This document shows, piece after piece, positions 50,918 to 64,000 of a stretch of DNA of 64,000 bases (within the stretch, counting starts at the first letter, position 1; each line of letters starts with the position of its first letter). Both the position numbers and the translations under genes were made by a program. The notes beneath the pieces are model-generated. The model was not told where the DNA came from. It did not search any database and saw only the letters and a list, made by a program, of their open reading frames with translations. The stretch covers positions 29,016,001 to 29,080,000 of the forward strand of contig OZ287757.1 in assembly GCA_965649765.1 (NCBI GenBank), in the 5' to 3' direction. This DNA comes from Bispira polyomma. Taxonomy: Eukaryota.

Positions 50918-51569
50918 GTCTGTTGTACCGGATTGGTCAGTTTGACACTTTTTTTTATGTGCAAGTGTTTGTGTTGTTACAATGTAAAGCCATTTTGAGT
51001 ATTGTCTTCCAGAATGTAACTAACATATTCAGTCTATTTTGATTAATTGGTTAATATCCAGAGAAAAACGTGTAGGTAGTCCAGCACTATATAGCATCAT
51101 GTTTGGTATTATGATTACTTTTATATTACAGTTCATATCACAAAATATACCAAATAAGAACGTGTTACGGTAAGATCATTTGAGAATGGCTTCTGTACAG
51201 CATGGTTAATTGCAACATGATGATGAAACTCAAGTAAAAAGATAAAAAGAAGTAATAAACAGGATATCAAATTCCTTGAGATTGCATCACAATACAGAAA
51301 ATCATTTCACAATCCATTGTTAGCCAGTTCGCAATGCTTCCTCGCTTAGAAAAATACACTGTACAATAGGTATAATCTAGCTTTGACTATAGCTAGTAAT
51401 ACATTTCAGATATAATGATAGAACAATGATATAATGATAGAATCTGACGATCATGATATAATTGTAGAACCTGACGATCCTGACAATGTTGTATCTAGTA
51501 AAACAGCTGTAGTGACTTGTGTGATAGGTAATTACTGATATAATAGCCAGAAAGTGTGTGTGAGGTGGG

Positions 51570-52350
51570 ATTCTGTGAAATCCGGTGTTTTTCAACTGCA
51601 AATGGTGTATGTCAGTGAGGAATTGTCTCTCCCCTGCTGTTCAAAGTTTATATAGACAGATTAGGCGTAAAACTAAATTGTTAGTCAAATGGATGTTTAT
51701 TTAATGGATACATTATATATCATCTTGTATATGCTGATGATATAGTTCCATTTTTTCCTTCTGTAAAATGTTTACAAACGCCTGGTAATATCTACTACGA
51801 ATTTGGTGAAAACAATGATATAATTTTTAATGAGTGTAAGTCTGTACGTATAAATATCCTATGTAATTATGAGAGGAAATTTAGTGTGCCTTTTCCTCAA
51901 GTCCTTGTTAGAATTATTATGATTAAAATGGTTGATAAATTGAAGTACCTTGGTCCCTATATTACAGACAATTTATGTGATAATGAAGATATAAAGAAAC
52001 AAACAAGGAGAAATTATTGCAGAGGAAATATGCTTCATCGTAATTTTCAAAACTGCTCTGCTAATTTGAAGTGTATATAATTCAGAAGTTATATGTACAG
52101 TTTCTATATTGGTGTCTCTCATCGAGTGTATATACATAGAGTATTTACAAAAAGCTTGTGGTATCTCACAACAATAGTTTTAGGGCATTATTGAAGTATC
52201 CATGAATTTATTTATGTAAAAAAGCATGATGTATATACTTAAGCAATTTCCATAGTTGTGCATATTTATGTATATTAATATATCCTTATCTTTCTTTTAT
52301 CATATGGACCATCGTGTATGTCTGAAATAAAGTTATTTAATCAAAATTCA
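51570..52350 (+). mobile_element. 5'-truncated decayed LINE RT fragment
   Basis: HLVYADDIV, KYLGPYITDNLCDNEDI; aataaa-containing 3' end; absent from the paralogous unit at ~53565 (tgtgaaggttgg). Confidence 0.75.
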
Positions 52351-52748
52351 ATGTGAAGGTTGGTAAACGTAAGCTGATATGGTCCAATGTCAAATATCAT
52401 TGGTACAGATCAAGTGAAACAAATTCCATACAATGTCTCACATATAAAAGCTTCCATAGTTTTGTCTAGTCTGCAATACATGATGCACTAACATGCCTAC
52501 TTGAAACTAATTAATGTAGTATACAGGGAATATGTGTAAACTGTAGATGTGAATAGAAAACTCTACAAGTGTGTTTTGTAAGGTCAGGACAAAAAGAAAT
52601 ACTTCTAAACATTCAGTCACTGTCTTTGTCTGGGCCATAAGGCCTTGGCATTTTTGCTCATACATAACGTACATTCCTTTTATGAGACTAAAGTAGGGCA
52701 AATTACAAGTACCAGCATAAAGGCTAATGATGAACTGTATTTGTTTAC

Positions 52749-52944
52749 CTGCTATATCTGTAAATATCACATGATAGGATAGGACAGTTCCAACAATGAC
52801 TGCACTGGAATCAAAAGCATACATGTACTCCTTGTACATTACCGGAAATGATGCCATCAGCAAACCCATCATGGTGTAGCTAAAGAATGTGACCGCCACC
52901 ACAATCCAGCCATAGCCTCCTTCAGGTGCTGTATGTGACGTCAT
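52749..52944 (-). CDS. Second intact copy of gene C first coding exon (candidate alternative first exon)
   Basis: Same ATG, 196-nt length and GT donor as 50722-50917; 2 aa differences. Confidence 0.7.
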
Positions 52945-53599
52945 GTCTGTTGTACCGGATTGGTCAGTTTGACACTTCTTTTTATGTGCAAGTGTTTGTG
53001 TTGTTACAATGTAAAGCCACTTTTAATATTGTCTTCAAGAATGTAACTAAAATATTCATCATTCTGGTTTGATTGATTGGTAAATATCCAGAGAGAAATG
53101 TATATGTCTCCAAAGTGTAGGTAATCCAGCACTATATAGCATCATGTTCAGCATGATGATTACTTTTATATTACAGTTCATATCACAAAATATACCTGAT
53201 AAGAATGTGTCATGATAGAATCATTTGAGAATGGCTTCTGTATGACATGGTTAATTATAACATCATGATGAAACTCATGTAAGGAGATAAGAAGAAGTGA
53301 TAAGAATGATATCAAATTTCTTGACATTGCATCACAATAAAGGAAATCATTTCACAGTCCATTGTAATCAAGAACAAAATGTCCCCTCGCTTAAAGAAAT
53401 ACACTGTACAGTAGCTATAACACAGCTTTGACCATAACTATTTATACATTTCAGATATAATTATGGAACCTGATGACTCAGATATAATTATAGAACCTGA
53501 TGACCCTGATAATATTCTATCTAGTAAAACTGCTGTAGGGTTTTGTGTGGCAGATTATTACACAATGTGAAGGTTGGGAAACGTAAGCTGATATGGCCC

Positions 53600-53737
53600 T
53601 ATGATAGGACAGTCCCGACAGGGACTGCACTAGAATCAAAAGCATACATGTACTCCCAGTACATGACCGGAAATGACTCCATCAGCCAACCTATCATGGT
53701 GTAACTGAAGAAGGTGACAGCCTGTGTGTGACGTCAT
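53600..53737 (-). pseudogene. Third, deleted copy of gene C first coding exon
   Basis: Homologous to 52749-52944, but the PEGGYGW segment is deleted with a frameshift and the donor end is missing. Confidence 0.75.
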
Positions 53738-54539
53738 ATCTGCTGTACTTGATTGGTTGTATATCCCTCTTTTATGTGTAAGTCTTGGTGCTGTTGCCTT
53801 GTAATGTCACTTTAAACATTGTCTTCAGCAAGGTAAGTAACATATGTATTCTAGTATCTTATATGGTACATATATATATATCCAGAGAGAACCACATATG
53901 TCTCTAAAGTGTAGGTAGTCCAGCACTATAAAGCTTCATGTTTGGTATTATGTTATGAATGTGTTATGATAAAATAATTTATGTCTTTCTATACAACATG
54001 GTTAATTACAACATGATGATGAAATTCAAGTAAGAAGATAAGAAGAATTGATACGGAGGATATCAAATTGCTTGACATTGCATCACAATAAAGGAAATCA
54101 TTTCACAGTCCATTGTAACCACATACGCAATACTACCTCGCTTAGAGAAATACACTGTACAGTACGTATGACCTAGTTTTTACTATAGCTTTTGATACAT
54201 TTCAGATATAATTATAGAATATAAATTTTATTCTATTCTTGTTTGCACGTGCTCAATCGCTTACACAATATGGACTCAAAGCGTTGGTATTGTAATATTG
54301 TAGTCCTGAGCCAAGCCATGTAGTATGGATAAAACGGGTTGTATCTTAAGTGACTCTGGTTAATGCATGATGGAAAAAACCCCTGATAGAAATCTACTCC
54401 TTATCAAGAAGTATGGAATTTTTAAAGTTTTTAAGTGTTGAGGTCAGAATGACTCATACAAGTGTTTCTAGCATACATATATAATGATGAAGGCGATGAA
54501 GTAATGTTTATAGCAAGTGTAGTGAGAAAACCATATTTT

Positions 54540-55150
54540 CGGCCGTCAACCAATAACTACAGTCCACCAGTGGTGAAGTTCAATATTCTTAAAGGTATGT
54601 TGAGGTAAGTCTAAGGTTAGTTAAAGGCCAGTTATTTTAAGTTAATGCAAGTTAAATCAAATACAGTAAAAGGTTCATTTTGAGGTTTAATTTTTTTAGC
54701 TTAATATTTATCTACAGGTTGACAATGAGAGAAGTTAAAATTGAATATGATAAAATGTTATGTTCCAAGCCCGACTAAGGAGAGGGGATAGCCGCGGCAA
54801 AAATGAGATGTTTGTTGAAGATACACCCAAACTGATGATGACTTAAGTGGCATTCACACTGTCAACGTTCTTGGTCCCGTTCTTCTCCCAACTGGGCATC
54901 TGACAACTGGGCATAAATAGGGGTAGAACTTTGGTGAACGGCAAGAACGGGAGCTACAGTCTGAGATTTTGAACATATTCAAAACTTTACAGAGACCATG
55001 AGACATAATATTCTGCATAGATATGTTTTTGTTGAACGCAAATGTAGTGCTGAATTGAGCATATTTATAAGTACTGATTATAGAAGTAATGTAAAATGAG
55101 AACATTAAAAGATCAAGCATGGATGGCTTTGGGCTCCCAAAGTGAAAAGG
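54540..55150 (-). mobile_element. 3' remnant of a Ngaro-like element E6 (YR C-terminus + B-like sequence)
   Basis: TTFAFNKNISMQNIMSHG resembles E1 ATMAFNNNVPLQHIQSHG; minus-strand aataactggcctttaa resembles E2 B repeat aataactatggcctttaa. Confidence 0.55.
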
Positions 55151-55267
55151 CTTTGGCTATGAGCGGTAGGAGACACCTTTTACTAATTTGACCAGATCAT
55201 GTAATACAGGAATTAACCTAATCTAGTGTAGAACCAGTGATTTCAAACCTTGATTAAAGCATGACCA

Positions 55268-55520
55268 ATAGGATCAATGGTCACAGAGAAATCAGTAAAA
55301 CCAGTGTCAACACCTGCAATGAAATGATCCATAAGATCAAAGGTCACAGACAAACCAGTAAAACTAGTGCCAACACCTGCAATGAAATGATCCATAAGAT
55401 CAAAGGTCACAGAGAAACCAGTAAAACTAGTGCCAACACCTGCAGTGAAATGCTTCATAGGATCAAAGGTCACAGAGAAACCAGTAAAATCAGTGCCAAC
55501 ACCTGCAATTAAATGATTCA
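55268..55520. repeat. Minisatellite, 63-bp unit x ~4
   Basis: gatcaaaggtcacagagaaaccagtaaaactagtgccaacacctgcaatgaaatgatccataa repeated. Confidence 0.9.
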
Positions 55521-58500
55521 AAGGAACAACGCACCAGTGGGAATAATTCTTTAACACTAAAAGTAATACTAAAGATTTGATACATGGCATTATGAGTAAT
55601 GACTAGAACAGAGGAGTAACATTGTTGTAAAATTACATGAATACATATATATTGCTAAAAATGTAATATTTGTTCTTATATAAGATAAGTATATGTTATA
55701 TATAAGATACTAAAGACCCTATAGAATGTACACACTTTGAATCAGGGGGGAGGGGCAATTCCCAAACAAAGAAAAACAAAGAATGTATAGCAAGTGATTT
55801 ATGTATATTTTAAGGTAGTATTAAAGCTTCATTGGCTGTTTTCTCCAAACTTCTCGAGCTCAACTTAAATTCAAAGCTGCCTCTCACAAGAGTGAAAGTA
55901 AGTGAAATCTGACTGCTTATTTGAATCCAGCAATAAAAGTTCTTCTAAAACAAATGGTTACAACTATAGTTTATTTCCGATATATATATGAGACTCTATA
56001 TAGCCAAATTTGAGTCTGGTTGGAGAATAATTGTCCTGATATAACATTACATGTAGGAAAGAAACCCCAAACTAGAACTACGCTACTTGTAAAGTACAAC
56101 TAATGCTAAAACATAGGAGCTATACTTATGTAAATAAAACACAAACATGCACATGACACAGTTAATCAAAACCTATATTTTATTACAAAATTTAGAGAAT
56201 ATCAAATATCTAGCACAAGTGGGGGTGTTTGCAAAGTGTTTGATAACATTTAAAAAAACCCTACTCAGGCTTGAACGTTGTGGCCATAAACCTCAATTCG
56301 AATCTAATAATCAAATTGATATACCTATTTTCTACGTTTATCTGGCATTCAAAGTGTTATTTAAGTATTTCTTAACTGTCCACATAGAGCTAATTGAAGT
56401 CAATGCAACGAAGGCATGGCTCATCAATCGCGAAATTTTAGATGTTTACAGTACTGTATAGTTACCAATGTATGGGCCTTTATGTTGTTAAGGCTTCAGC
56501 CAAGCGTGGAGAAATATGCACTACCAACCCTCGTTCTTTCCTTGGAATGCTGGCCAGTAGAAGTAAATCTGTGAATCGGCCATATTGGAATTTTATATGA
56601 AAAAGCATTTTTGATTGAAGTTTCTGGTTTTACTGAGCTTAATGTGTGTTTTTACACGCTGTTTTTAACATATTTTTACATAACTGTGACATATATATCA
56701 TATAGGATGGGTAGAGGAAAAACAACTGTTGAGGTTGAGTGTTCACATTGTCAGAAAAAAACACGGATGACTTGTGGGGCAGAGATATAACAGGGATGTG
56801 GTCATTATGGATGTCAATTCAACAGAAGCGAGTGCTACAGACGTTTCGCCTACACCTCCAGATTCGACAAGTAACCAGGTCGAAATTTATCAGCAGATAT
56901 GCCTTAAGCAGCAGACGATGACGGACACAATATTACAGTCTGTGTCTAGGCTGGAGAAAGATGTATCGGTTTTAAAAATGAAAGAACAATCTCCCCTTTT
57001 ACAGTGTGCTCTTAGTAGTAGTGTGTATGAGGGCGTTATGACTAAAGGTACATCGGCTGCAACTGAACTGAACTCTCAACTGTTGTCTTAAGAAGCACGT
57101 CCGAACCCAGCACAGAAGTCACTGTTGGAACAGGGTTATCCACCTTCACTGCCAGCACCTACACTGGACGCGTTACTGGCTAGGCCGACGGCTCATCCAC
57201 TGGACGTCGGAACAGCATTGGGCACTTCAGGACTTCAGCTTTCGGGACGACTCGACGGTGCTCAAGATATTGTTCTAACACCTGACGTTTTACACCATTC
57301 AGCTCTCATCCAGAATGAAGTCAGCGCTTGACTGCAATGTTATGAAACCGCTACTGCCTCAGAACTTTTGAATGGTAAGAATTATATTAAACGCAAATCT
57401 GGTCGCTACAATGTAGCTGATACTTGTATTATTGACCCCATGTTTCGTTGGCCAAACGAGGGAAGTTTAAGTGGTATTCATAGGTAAAGGGTCCCTTTTA
57501 ATGAACTTTCGTTAGCTCAGTTTCCCTCTGGGCAAATTCGCAACATCTTAGAGGTCAAGAACACTGTTTTGCGGGCTATATTAGGTCAACTGGGTGATAC
57601 ATTAAGAAGCGCTGCAAATATTTCATGGCAGGTAGCAAGAGGCGGGTACGCCACCAACATGCACGATGTGGAAGAAGGTCGTTTAATGTGGCTAGACGAG
57701 TCCACGATGGGCAATGAATAGATTGTCATATTCACAAGTATTGCTGTCATCAAACGCAGCATCCAGCAATTACTCAACTTCAGGGTCCTTCAGGGTTACT
57801 GTGTCGTTACTTTTAGCGCAATCAGTGTATTTAGAGTTCGGATTATGAGAATGCTACAACAGTGTTTCGACATATTTGTGCTAATTGTTTCAAAGTGAGT
57901 AAACGTGAGAATCCTCATCCTGAGTTGAAGTGCCAAGCCAGTGACAGTTACTACCAAAAATCAATAAGACAGGAGACGACTGGCAGATGACACGACTAGA
58001 GATTGAAGGTGTAGTTTCAGAGTACACAATGATGAGTATTGTAATTCTACTAGTGATTTGTCTAATGAGAAAATTAGTAATTGTAGAGCAGACGATAATA
58101 AATTTAAAGTTTTAGAGAAACAATATGTACAATTTTGTAGTAATACCAGTGATAGAGACAAAGGAAGTGACAATCTAAATAATGTGAAATTATTAGATAA
58201 GAACATAATGGGAGACGACAGTAATATTTTAAACGTGTTAAAAGATGATCTAGAACAGACAATGTTAAAGAAGTAGTTGCACAATGTGTCCATCTCCAGG
58301 TATATCCCAGAGAAACACAAACAAATCTCAGTACACAACAAGAAACAACTCTGTGAATAGTTTCAACAGAACTTTGGGTGATGATAAAAAAGTATCATAT
58401 TTAAGTGAAAAGACATTGAATCATCAGATTATATATGATTCCATAGACAAAAACAAAAAGTACTGAACAATTGTAAGAACGTGTTGTCACAATGTGCTGC

Positions 58501-60441
58501 TCAGGATGATATTGTTCATATTGTTGATAATAGTAATCATAATGTACACAAATTTTAGAAACAGAAATGTGGACATAATTACTTTTCAGATTTTGGAATA
58601 GAATGTCATGATGTACCCCAAGACATATGTGGGCATAATAACTTGTCTGAATTGAGAATAAAATGTCATACTGTACCCAAAGACAGAACACAACCACGTG
58701 ATACAGATAGCACGTATGATTATACCAAATGTCATGATCCTGGGTGCGAGCATGTGAATATGGTTCCCGAAAATAAAAATGTAAATAATTTGAATGTTTT
58801 TGAAAGAAAGGACACTCTTACTCAGAAACAAATAGTACATATACAGTTTGCAGATGTGTACTATAGTCAGGTATTGAATAAAGGAAAATTTATATTATGA
58901 TGTTGGAAAGTATAAGTATATAAAGGTATCATAGATGAGGGCAGCCTATTGTCAGTGGATACCAATTGTAGTATTAATGATATATGGCCAGTATGTTACT
59001 GGATTTCAACAACTGTTTAAATAAAACAAAAAAAATTCAAAAAGGTCACACAGAAAAATGACAAAAAGTTAACTAATGTCATTCACATGAGAACAAAAGT
59101 TAGCAAAGCATCTTATTACATAGACATCATTGATAAGATATGTAATAATAGTGACCATTCAATGGTGACTTACACACAACCAAATCGAAATGACACGAAA
59201 GAAAATACAAATAAAGCCATAAAAACACACAAAAGCCAACAAAAGCCAACAAAGCCATAAAAACACACAAAATAAACAAAAAATACACAAAAAATGGTAA
59301 AACGGAAAATGAACATACAATTGTGGATGTTACAAACATGACACAAGAAAAAACAGAAACAACATACATATCAGGCATCAGATACAGTTTACATACAATC
59401 ACTTTTCAGCTAAAAACTATCCTGAAGAAATAGATAAATACTTTACCACTGAAGTGGAGAAAGGTACTATTTTAGGACCAATAGTGGGAAAAATTGATAG
59501 TGATTTTCATTGTTCTTCTTTGCTCATAGTACCAAAAGATAAGGACCAGAGACACTTGATACTGAATCTGTCTTATCTATTAGGCTTTTCAGTCAATGAT
59601 TGTACAGTTAAGGATAAATATGACAATTGTAGTTTTGACCTTAAGTTACTAACTATAGATCACATAGTGACTGAGATACAGAGACTAGGTAAGAATGCCA
59701 TGTTCGTGAAGGTCGACGTAGCGCACATTTTTAGGAATCTAAGAGTAGATCCTCTTAATTGTATGAAGTTAGGTTTTAAGTGGAAAGGTCACCACTATAT
59801 AGATTTGGCCGGGACGTTCGGACCAACACACAGAACCACAGCTTTTATGAGAGTTTCCAATTGTATTACTTATATCCTCGTGAATTATAAACTTGTGGCT
59901 GTAAGATGTTTAACTACATTGATGATTTTTTGATCTGTGAGTCAAGCGAGAAAGCAAACGAGGCTGATGCGTTCTTACCAAAACTACTGGATGAATTAGG
60001 TTTGCCAATAAATCAGAGCTTCCACCCAGTAAAGCAGTAACATGCATGGGTATTACCATAGACATTGAAAATAGCAAATTGAGTATAGACGAAGATAAAT
60101 TAAAATCAATTTAGGAAGTATGTCTGGAGTTTAAGACTCTTAAAAAGTGAAGAAAAATTGCTATACATTCATTGTTGTATCAAACCAGCCAGAATCTTCT
60201 TAAATAGAATGTTGCAGTTACTGAGAGAACATACTAGTCAAACGCATATAATTCTAAATGAAGAATTTCATAGAGATTTGTCTTGGTTGGTAGAGTTTAT
60301 GAAAAAATTTAATGGCACAACCTTTCTCGATGCAGAGAGTCATAAAACCACCACGTTGTTACAAATGGATGCGTGCTTGCAAGGTATTGGGGGCATTGTC
60401 AATAATGAGGCGTTCACAGCTACCCTTCCCTTGTGTATAAA

Positions 60442-60704
60442 GGGGCCACCGTGGCGTAGTGGTTAGCAAGCATTGCGCCTCACAATCACTGGTCTCTCAC
60501 CTCTGGGCGGCGTGAGTTCGAATCCCGTCAATGCCTATGTGGGAAAGGTGGTAGTTCCTTACTGTGGGCCGCTGGTTTCAGTGCAGAAGTTTGATCAACT
60601 GTATGCAGTGTTTCCTCCAGCGTTTTCAACTACCCGTCCCAATATAACCTAAACAGGTACTAGAGTGGACGTTCAACATCCCAATTAAAAAAAAAAGAAA
60701 AAAG
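60442..60704 (+). mobile_element. Full-length tRNA-derived SINE with 15-bp TSD, inserted in E4 RNase H
   Basis: A box tggcgtagtgg, B box gagttcgaatcc, poly-A tail; TSD tcc(c/t)ttgtgtataaa at 60427-60441 and 60705-60719. Confidence 0.93.
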
Positions 60705-61132
60705 TCCTTTGTGTATAAAACAAAATCATAGCATAGTGCACTTTGAAATGATAGCAGTCGTCATAGCATTCAAGTTATGGGCAGAGAAATGTAAAAACAT
60801 ACGAGTCAAGATGGAATCTAAAAACGCAGCCGTTGTCGCTGTCATAAAGTTGTAAAAAACTAAAGATCGTTTCTTGGGTACGTGCCTGAGAAACTTATGG
60901 TTAATCTGTGCATAAAACAATATTGAAGTTAATATTGATTACATTGAATGTAAAAAGAATATAATAGCAGATCATTTGTCTAGATGGCATGACTTAGGAA
61001 AATATGGTACAGAAATAAAGACGTTATTACAGAGTTCATTTAAGCTGCATGACATACCAGTACAGTTATTTTCACCAGATTATTGTATTTAATTTTAGGG
61101 ACTGCATGTACACTGGAACCTTTGCTGAAGAA

Positions 61133-61383
61133 TTTGAATTTGGATATTTAACGTCCACTCTAGTACCTTTTAGTAGGTTATATTGGGACGGGTAGTTGGA
61201 AACGCTGGAGGAAACATTGCATACAGTCGGTTAAGGTTCTGCAGAGAAACCAGCGGCCCACAGTAAGGAACTACCACCTTTCCCACATACGCATCGATGG
61301 GATTCGAACTCACGCCGCCCAGAGGTGAGAGACCAGTGATTGTGAAGTGCAATGCTTGCTAACCACTAGGCCACCGCGGTCCC
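61133..61383 (-). mobile_element. Full-length tRNA-derived SINE (same family, opposite strand) with 14-bp TSD, inserted at the E4 YR start
   Basis: Reverse complement of the 60442 copy; TSD cctttgctgaagaa at 61119-61132 and 61384-61397. Confidence 0.93.
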
Positions 61384-62041
61384 CCTTTGCTGAAGAAAGC
61401 AATAAGAGACTGGACAACACAAACAGATCTAGCACAAATTGACATACATGTATTTGATTTATTACTTTATTGTTATTTCATATATAATCTTGTGTATGTT
61501 TTCTAGTTTTGTATATTGAAATATAAAATAAAAGTTAATCAGGAAAAAAACAACTTTTTATATGACCTTAATAGGTCACAGTTTAGAATTTTTTATGAGA
61601 CTGTCAGCACCAGTAACCTATCACTCTCCTAATTACTGAGGACACAGACTTGATGATTATACCATTTATTAAGATATACAACGTTCTTTAGCCTGTCACT
61701 GAAGATCAGGAACAGTTAGTTAATTTGCTGTCCCTTTTTTAATTTTGTACCTTATCATATTAATTCCAGTCCATCTCTTACGTTTTTCAGAAAGTCACAT
61801 AATTTCATCAGCCTCCCCTACTTAACACTTCTCTTATTTACAGTCACACTTTTCCTTTAATGTCCCGGATTTAGCATTATGATTTTAGTCCCTGCAATAT
61901 TTAGATTATATTTATTTTTTAAGTATCTGCCTGTACATTGGAGGTCCAAGCCTGTCATAGAACCCCAGATTCTTAATATGCCTAAGTGCAAGTGTTATCC
62001 ACTATTACCATTATCCTTAGTTCTGAGTTCATAGAAGTTAA

Positions 62042-64000
62042 CTAGATCTTTATCTCCAGTTCTTTATCTACAGGCTCTTGTCTGCGACGTCTGGCAAGAG
62101 CATAGATAAGAAAACATAAACCTGCTGCAGCGAGCACCATGGAAGCTGAGATGTAATAAGCCATGTCATAGTTCAGTTTAACTGAGATCCAACCTGAAAG
62201 CAAGAGGTGATTATTAAAGACATATGTACAAAGTTTATGTGGCAAACATAAATAACTTCTATATAAAATTTACAAGCAAAATATTGTGGCTTATTTAATT
62301 GGTGTTTGTAACATTAAGGTCATATCGCGTCACTTACACAGTTTTTTTTTGGTGGGGAGAAGACCTACAAGATAAACTACCAACAATTATGAAAAGTACA
62401 TGACATAGAGGGGTAATCAAACCATTGCCCTTAGGGATCAGAGACCATGCTTTTAAAAGCAAAAGAAATTATAAGCATTACGATTCCATAATCCCAATAT
62501 CACCATGTCAAGTAGTATTGTGTTCTGATGTAATTTTCTTTTGAAGATAGAAATTGTTCACTCAGTATGTATTTCATAATGAAAATTATTGATACTCAAA
62601 GAAGTTATCTCAATGCTAGATGCCTAACATCCATATTTTCGAAAATAATCTAAAACTCGACCATGACTCGACCATGACTCAGGCTTAAATATAAGGTCGC
62701 CCTATGTCATGATAAATGGAATGTATATAAAAATCTGACTGCATATTTGAATTCAGTGCTAAAATCTCTATCAAAATGAATGGCAACAAGTATAAGTTAT
62801 TTCCATATACAGGAATAACATAGCCTTCACTTGAGTGCTTTAGATTCCTTTGAGAATACAAATTTTGAGGTGACAAATAGAAAACTAAAAGCAAGATACC
62901 TGCAAATGGAGAAGCCACTATTTGTCCAATCCCACAGAATACCATCAACAGAGCTATGCTTCCCGTGATGTTCTGGATGCCTACCAAGTCCACCAGTGAG
63001 GGATGCTGTACTGTGGCCATGGATGCTGGATGTAAAACAGAGTGTAATAAAGGTGTGTTAAATTAATTTATTTATCTTTGTCAATTTTTTCCACGGTGGC
63101 TTTACAATCACCGGCCTCTCACTAAAATTTGTCAGATACCTGCAATAGGCCGGTGGTTTACAGTGCTACTGGTTTCCTCCACAGTTAAATCTGGCTATCC
63201 TGCTATGTAGAACTCAAATGGACTAAAATTTAACATCGTAGTTTATAGGTGCTTTAAGTTACCTTATTGATTTAAGGCATCTTTTAAAGTGCAAGAACCA
63301 AATCAATCATTTCATCCAACACAGCCTAGGTCATCATTAGTAGGCAATGGCAGGTTCTCATCTTATCCAAGCAAGTTATCCCACCAATGAAGCAGGAGTC
63401 GCATCCAATCAACAGACCAAGTCCTCAGCCGGGAGTCAAACCCGGGACCTTCTGATGCCCGGATGAATTCGCTAACAACTAGGCAACCTGAAACCTGAGA
63501 TCAATGGGAAAATTATTACACCTGATTTACAACTTAAGTAAATACAGTGAAGCACTTCTGTTGGTGGATTAATTAATAAAATGCTTACCACTGGCAAGAC
63601 CAAAGACAACCAAGAGTATCACCATCCAGTAGAATTGATGAACTAGTGTAAAGAGGAATATGCAGACAGACATCACTAGAAAGGCAATGCCATAGACAAT
63701 GATGGTGTTGATGTATCTGACCAATAAGGTAGCCACTAGACCAAACAAAGGTCTCCAGATGAGGTTCACTATGGCAGATATGGTGGGCAGGAAGGCCGCC
63801 GTGGATATTTCCATACCAAGGAACAAGGCTCTGTTGACAAGATGGAAGAAGAAGCCATTGTAGCCTATGTTGAAAAGCATGTTAGTGGTGAGAAACAGTA
63901 GTAACTGAGGTTGTTTCAGTAGGACTAGATAATGTAGTGTCTTTTCCATAGCTGTCTTACATTTGGATGTTCTCTGAGGTTGAACAGGTTTGGTGAAAGA
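62042..64000 (-). CDS. SLC16/monocarboxylate transporter-like gene D, 3' part; exons 63589->64000, 62900-63025, 62042-62193
   Basis: Homologous to exons 3-5 of A-C (NLIWRPLFG, QHPSLVDLVG..GQIVASPFAG); 126-nt exon 4; GT-AG boundaries. Confidence 0.85.

Larger units (their letters stand above)
56395..61700 (+). mobile_element. Decayed Ngaro-like YR retrotransposon E4 (related to E2), YR mostly deleted, with two SINE insertions
   Basis: 5' end resembles E2 A repeat (gcatggct..cgcgaaatt); gag MGRGK.., KRKSGRYNV..WPNE; RT (KGTILGPI, HLILNLSY, KVDVAHIFRNL); RH (MDACLQGIGG, HFEM); 3' boundary approximate. Confidence 0.87.

Noticed and set aside
55243-55590. Repetitive ORFs of 115 and 83 aa
   Set aside because: Products of a 63-bp minisatellite with no coding evidence
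60442-60530. tRNA gene
   Set aside because: Has A/B boxes but continues into a SINE body with poly-A tail and TSD; three copies in the window

Overview
AT-rich, intron-containing eukaryotic (metazoan, probably invertebrate) genomic DNA; no bacterial features or CRISPR array. The backbone is a minus-strand tandem array of four SLC16/monocarboxylate-transporter-like (MFS) genes with five coding exons each: A 115-3437, B 15576-23433, C 46353-50917 (first coding exon triplicated) and D 62042->64000 (partial). The array is heavily invaded by tyrosine-recombinase (YR) retrotransposons of Ngaro type with split direct repeats (A1-gag-pol-YR-B1-A2-spacer-B2). A near-intact element E2 (27125-33584) is nested without target-site duplication in the pol gene of a second full-length element E1 (24567-37870). 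Decayed copies lie at ~16.1-19.4 kb and ~56.4-61.7 kb, with remnants at ~7.5-8.6 kb and ~54.5-55.1 kb. LINE remnants, tRNA-derived SINEs, MITEs and minisatellites are also present. Main observation: every Ngaro-like copy that retains gag has a phase-1 splice donor at the same gag position, and every copy with a readable pol/YR junction has a phase-matched AG acceptor just after the pol stop. This predicts that the YR ORF, which lacks an ATG at its start, is expressed as a spliced Gag(N-terminal)-YR fusion. Pol appears to be reached by -1 frameshifting in one family and by in-frame UAG read-through in the other, and both full elements carry a strongly base-paired spacer between A2 and B2.
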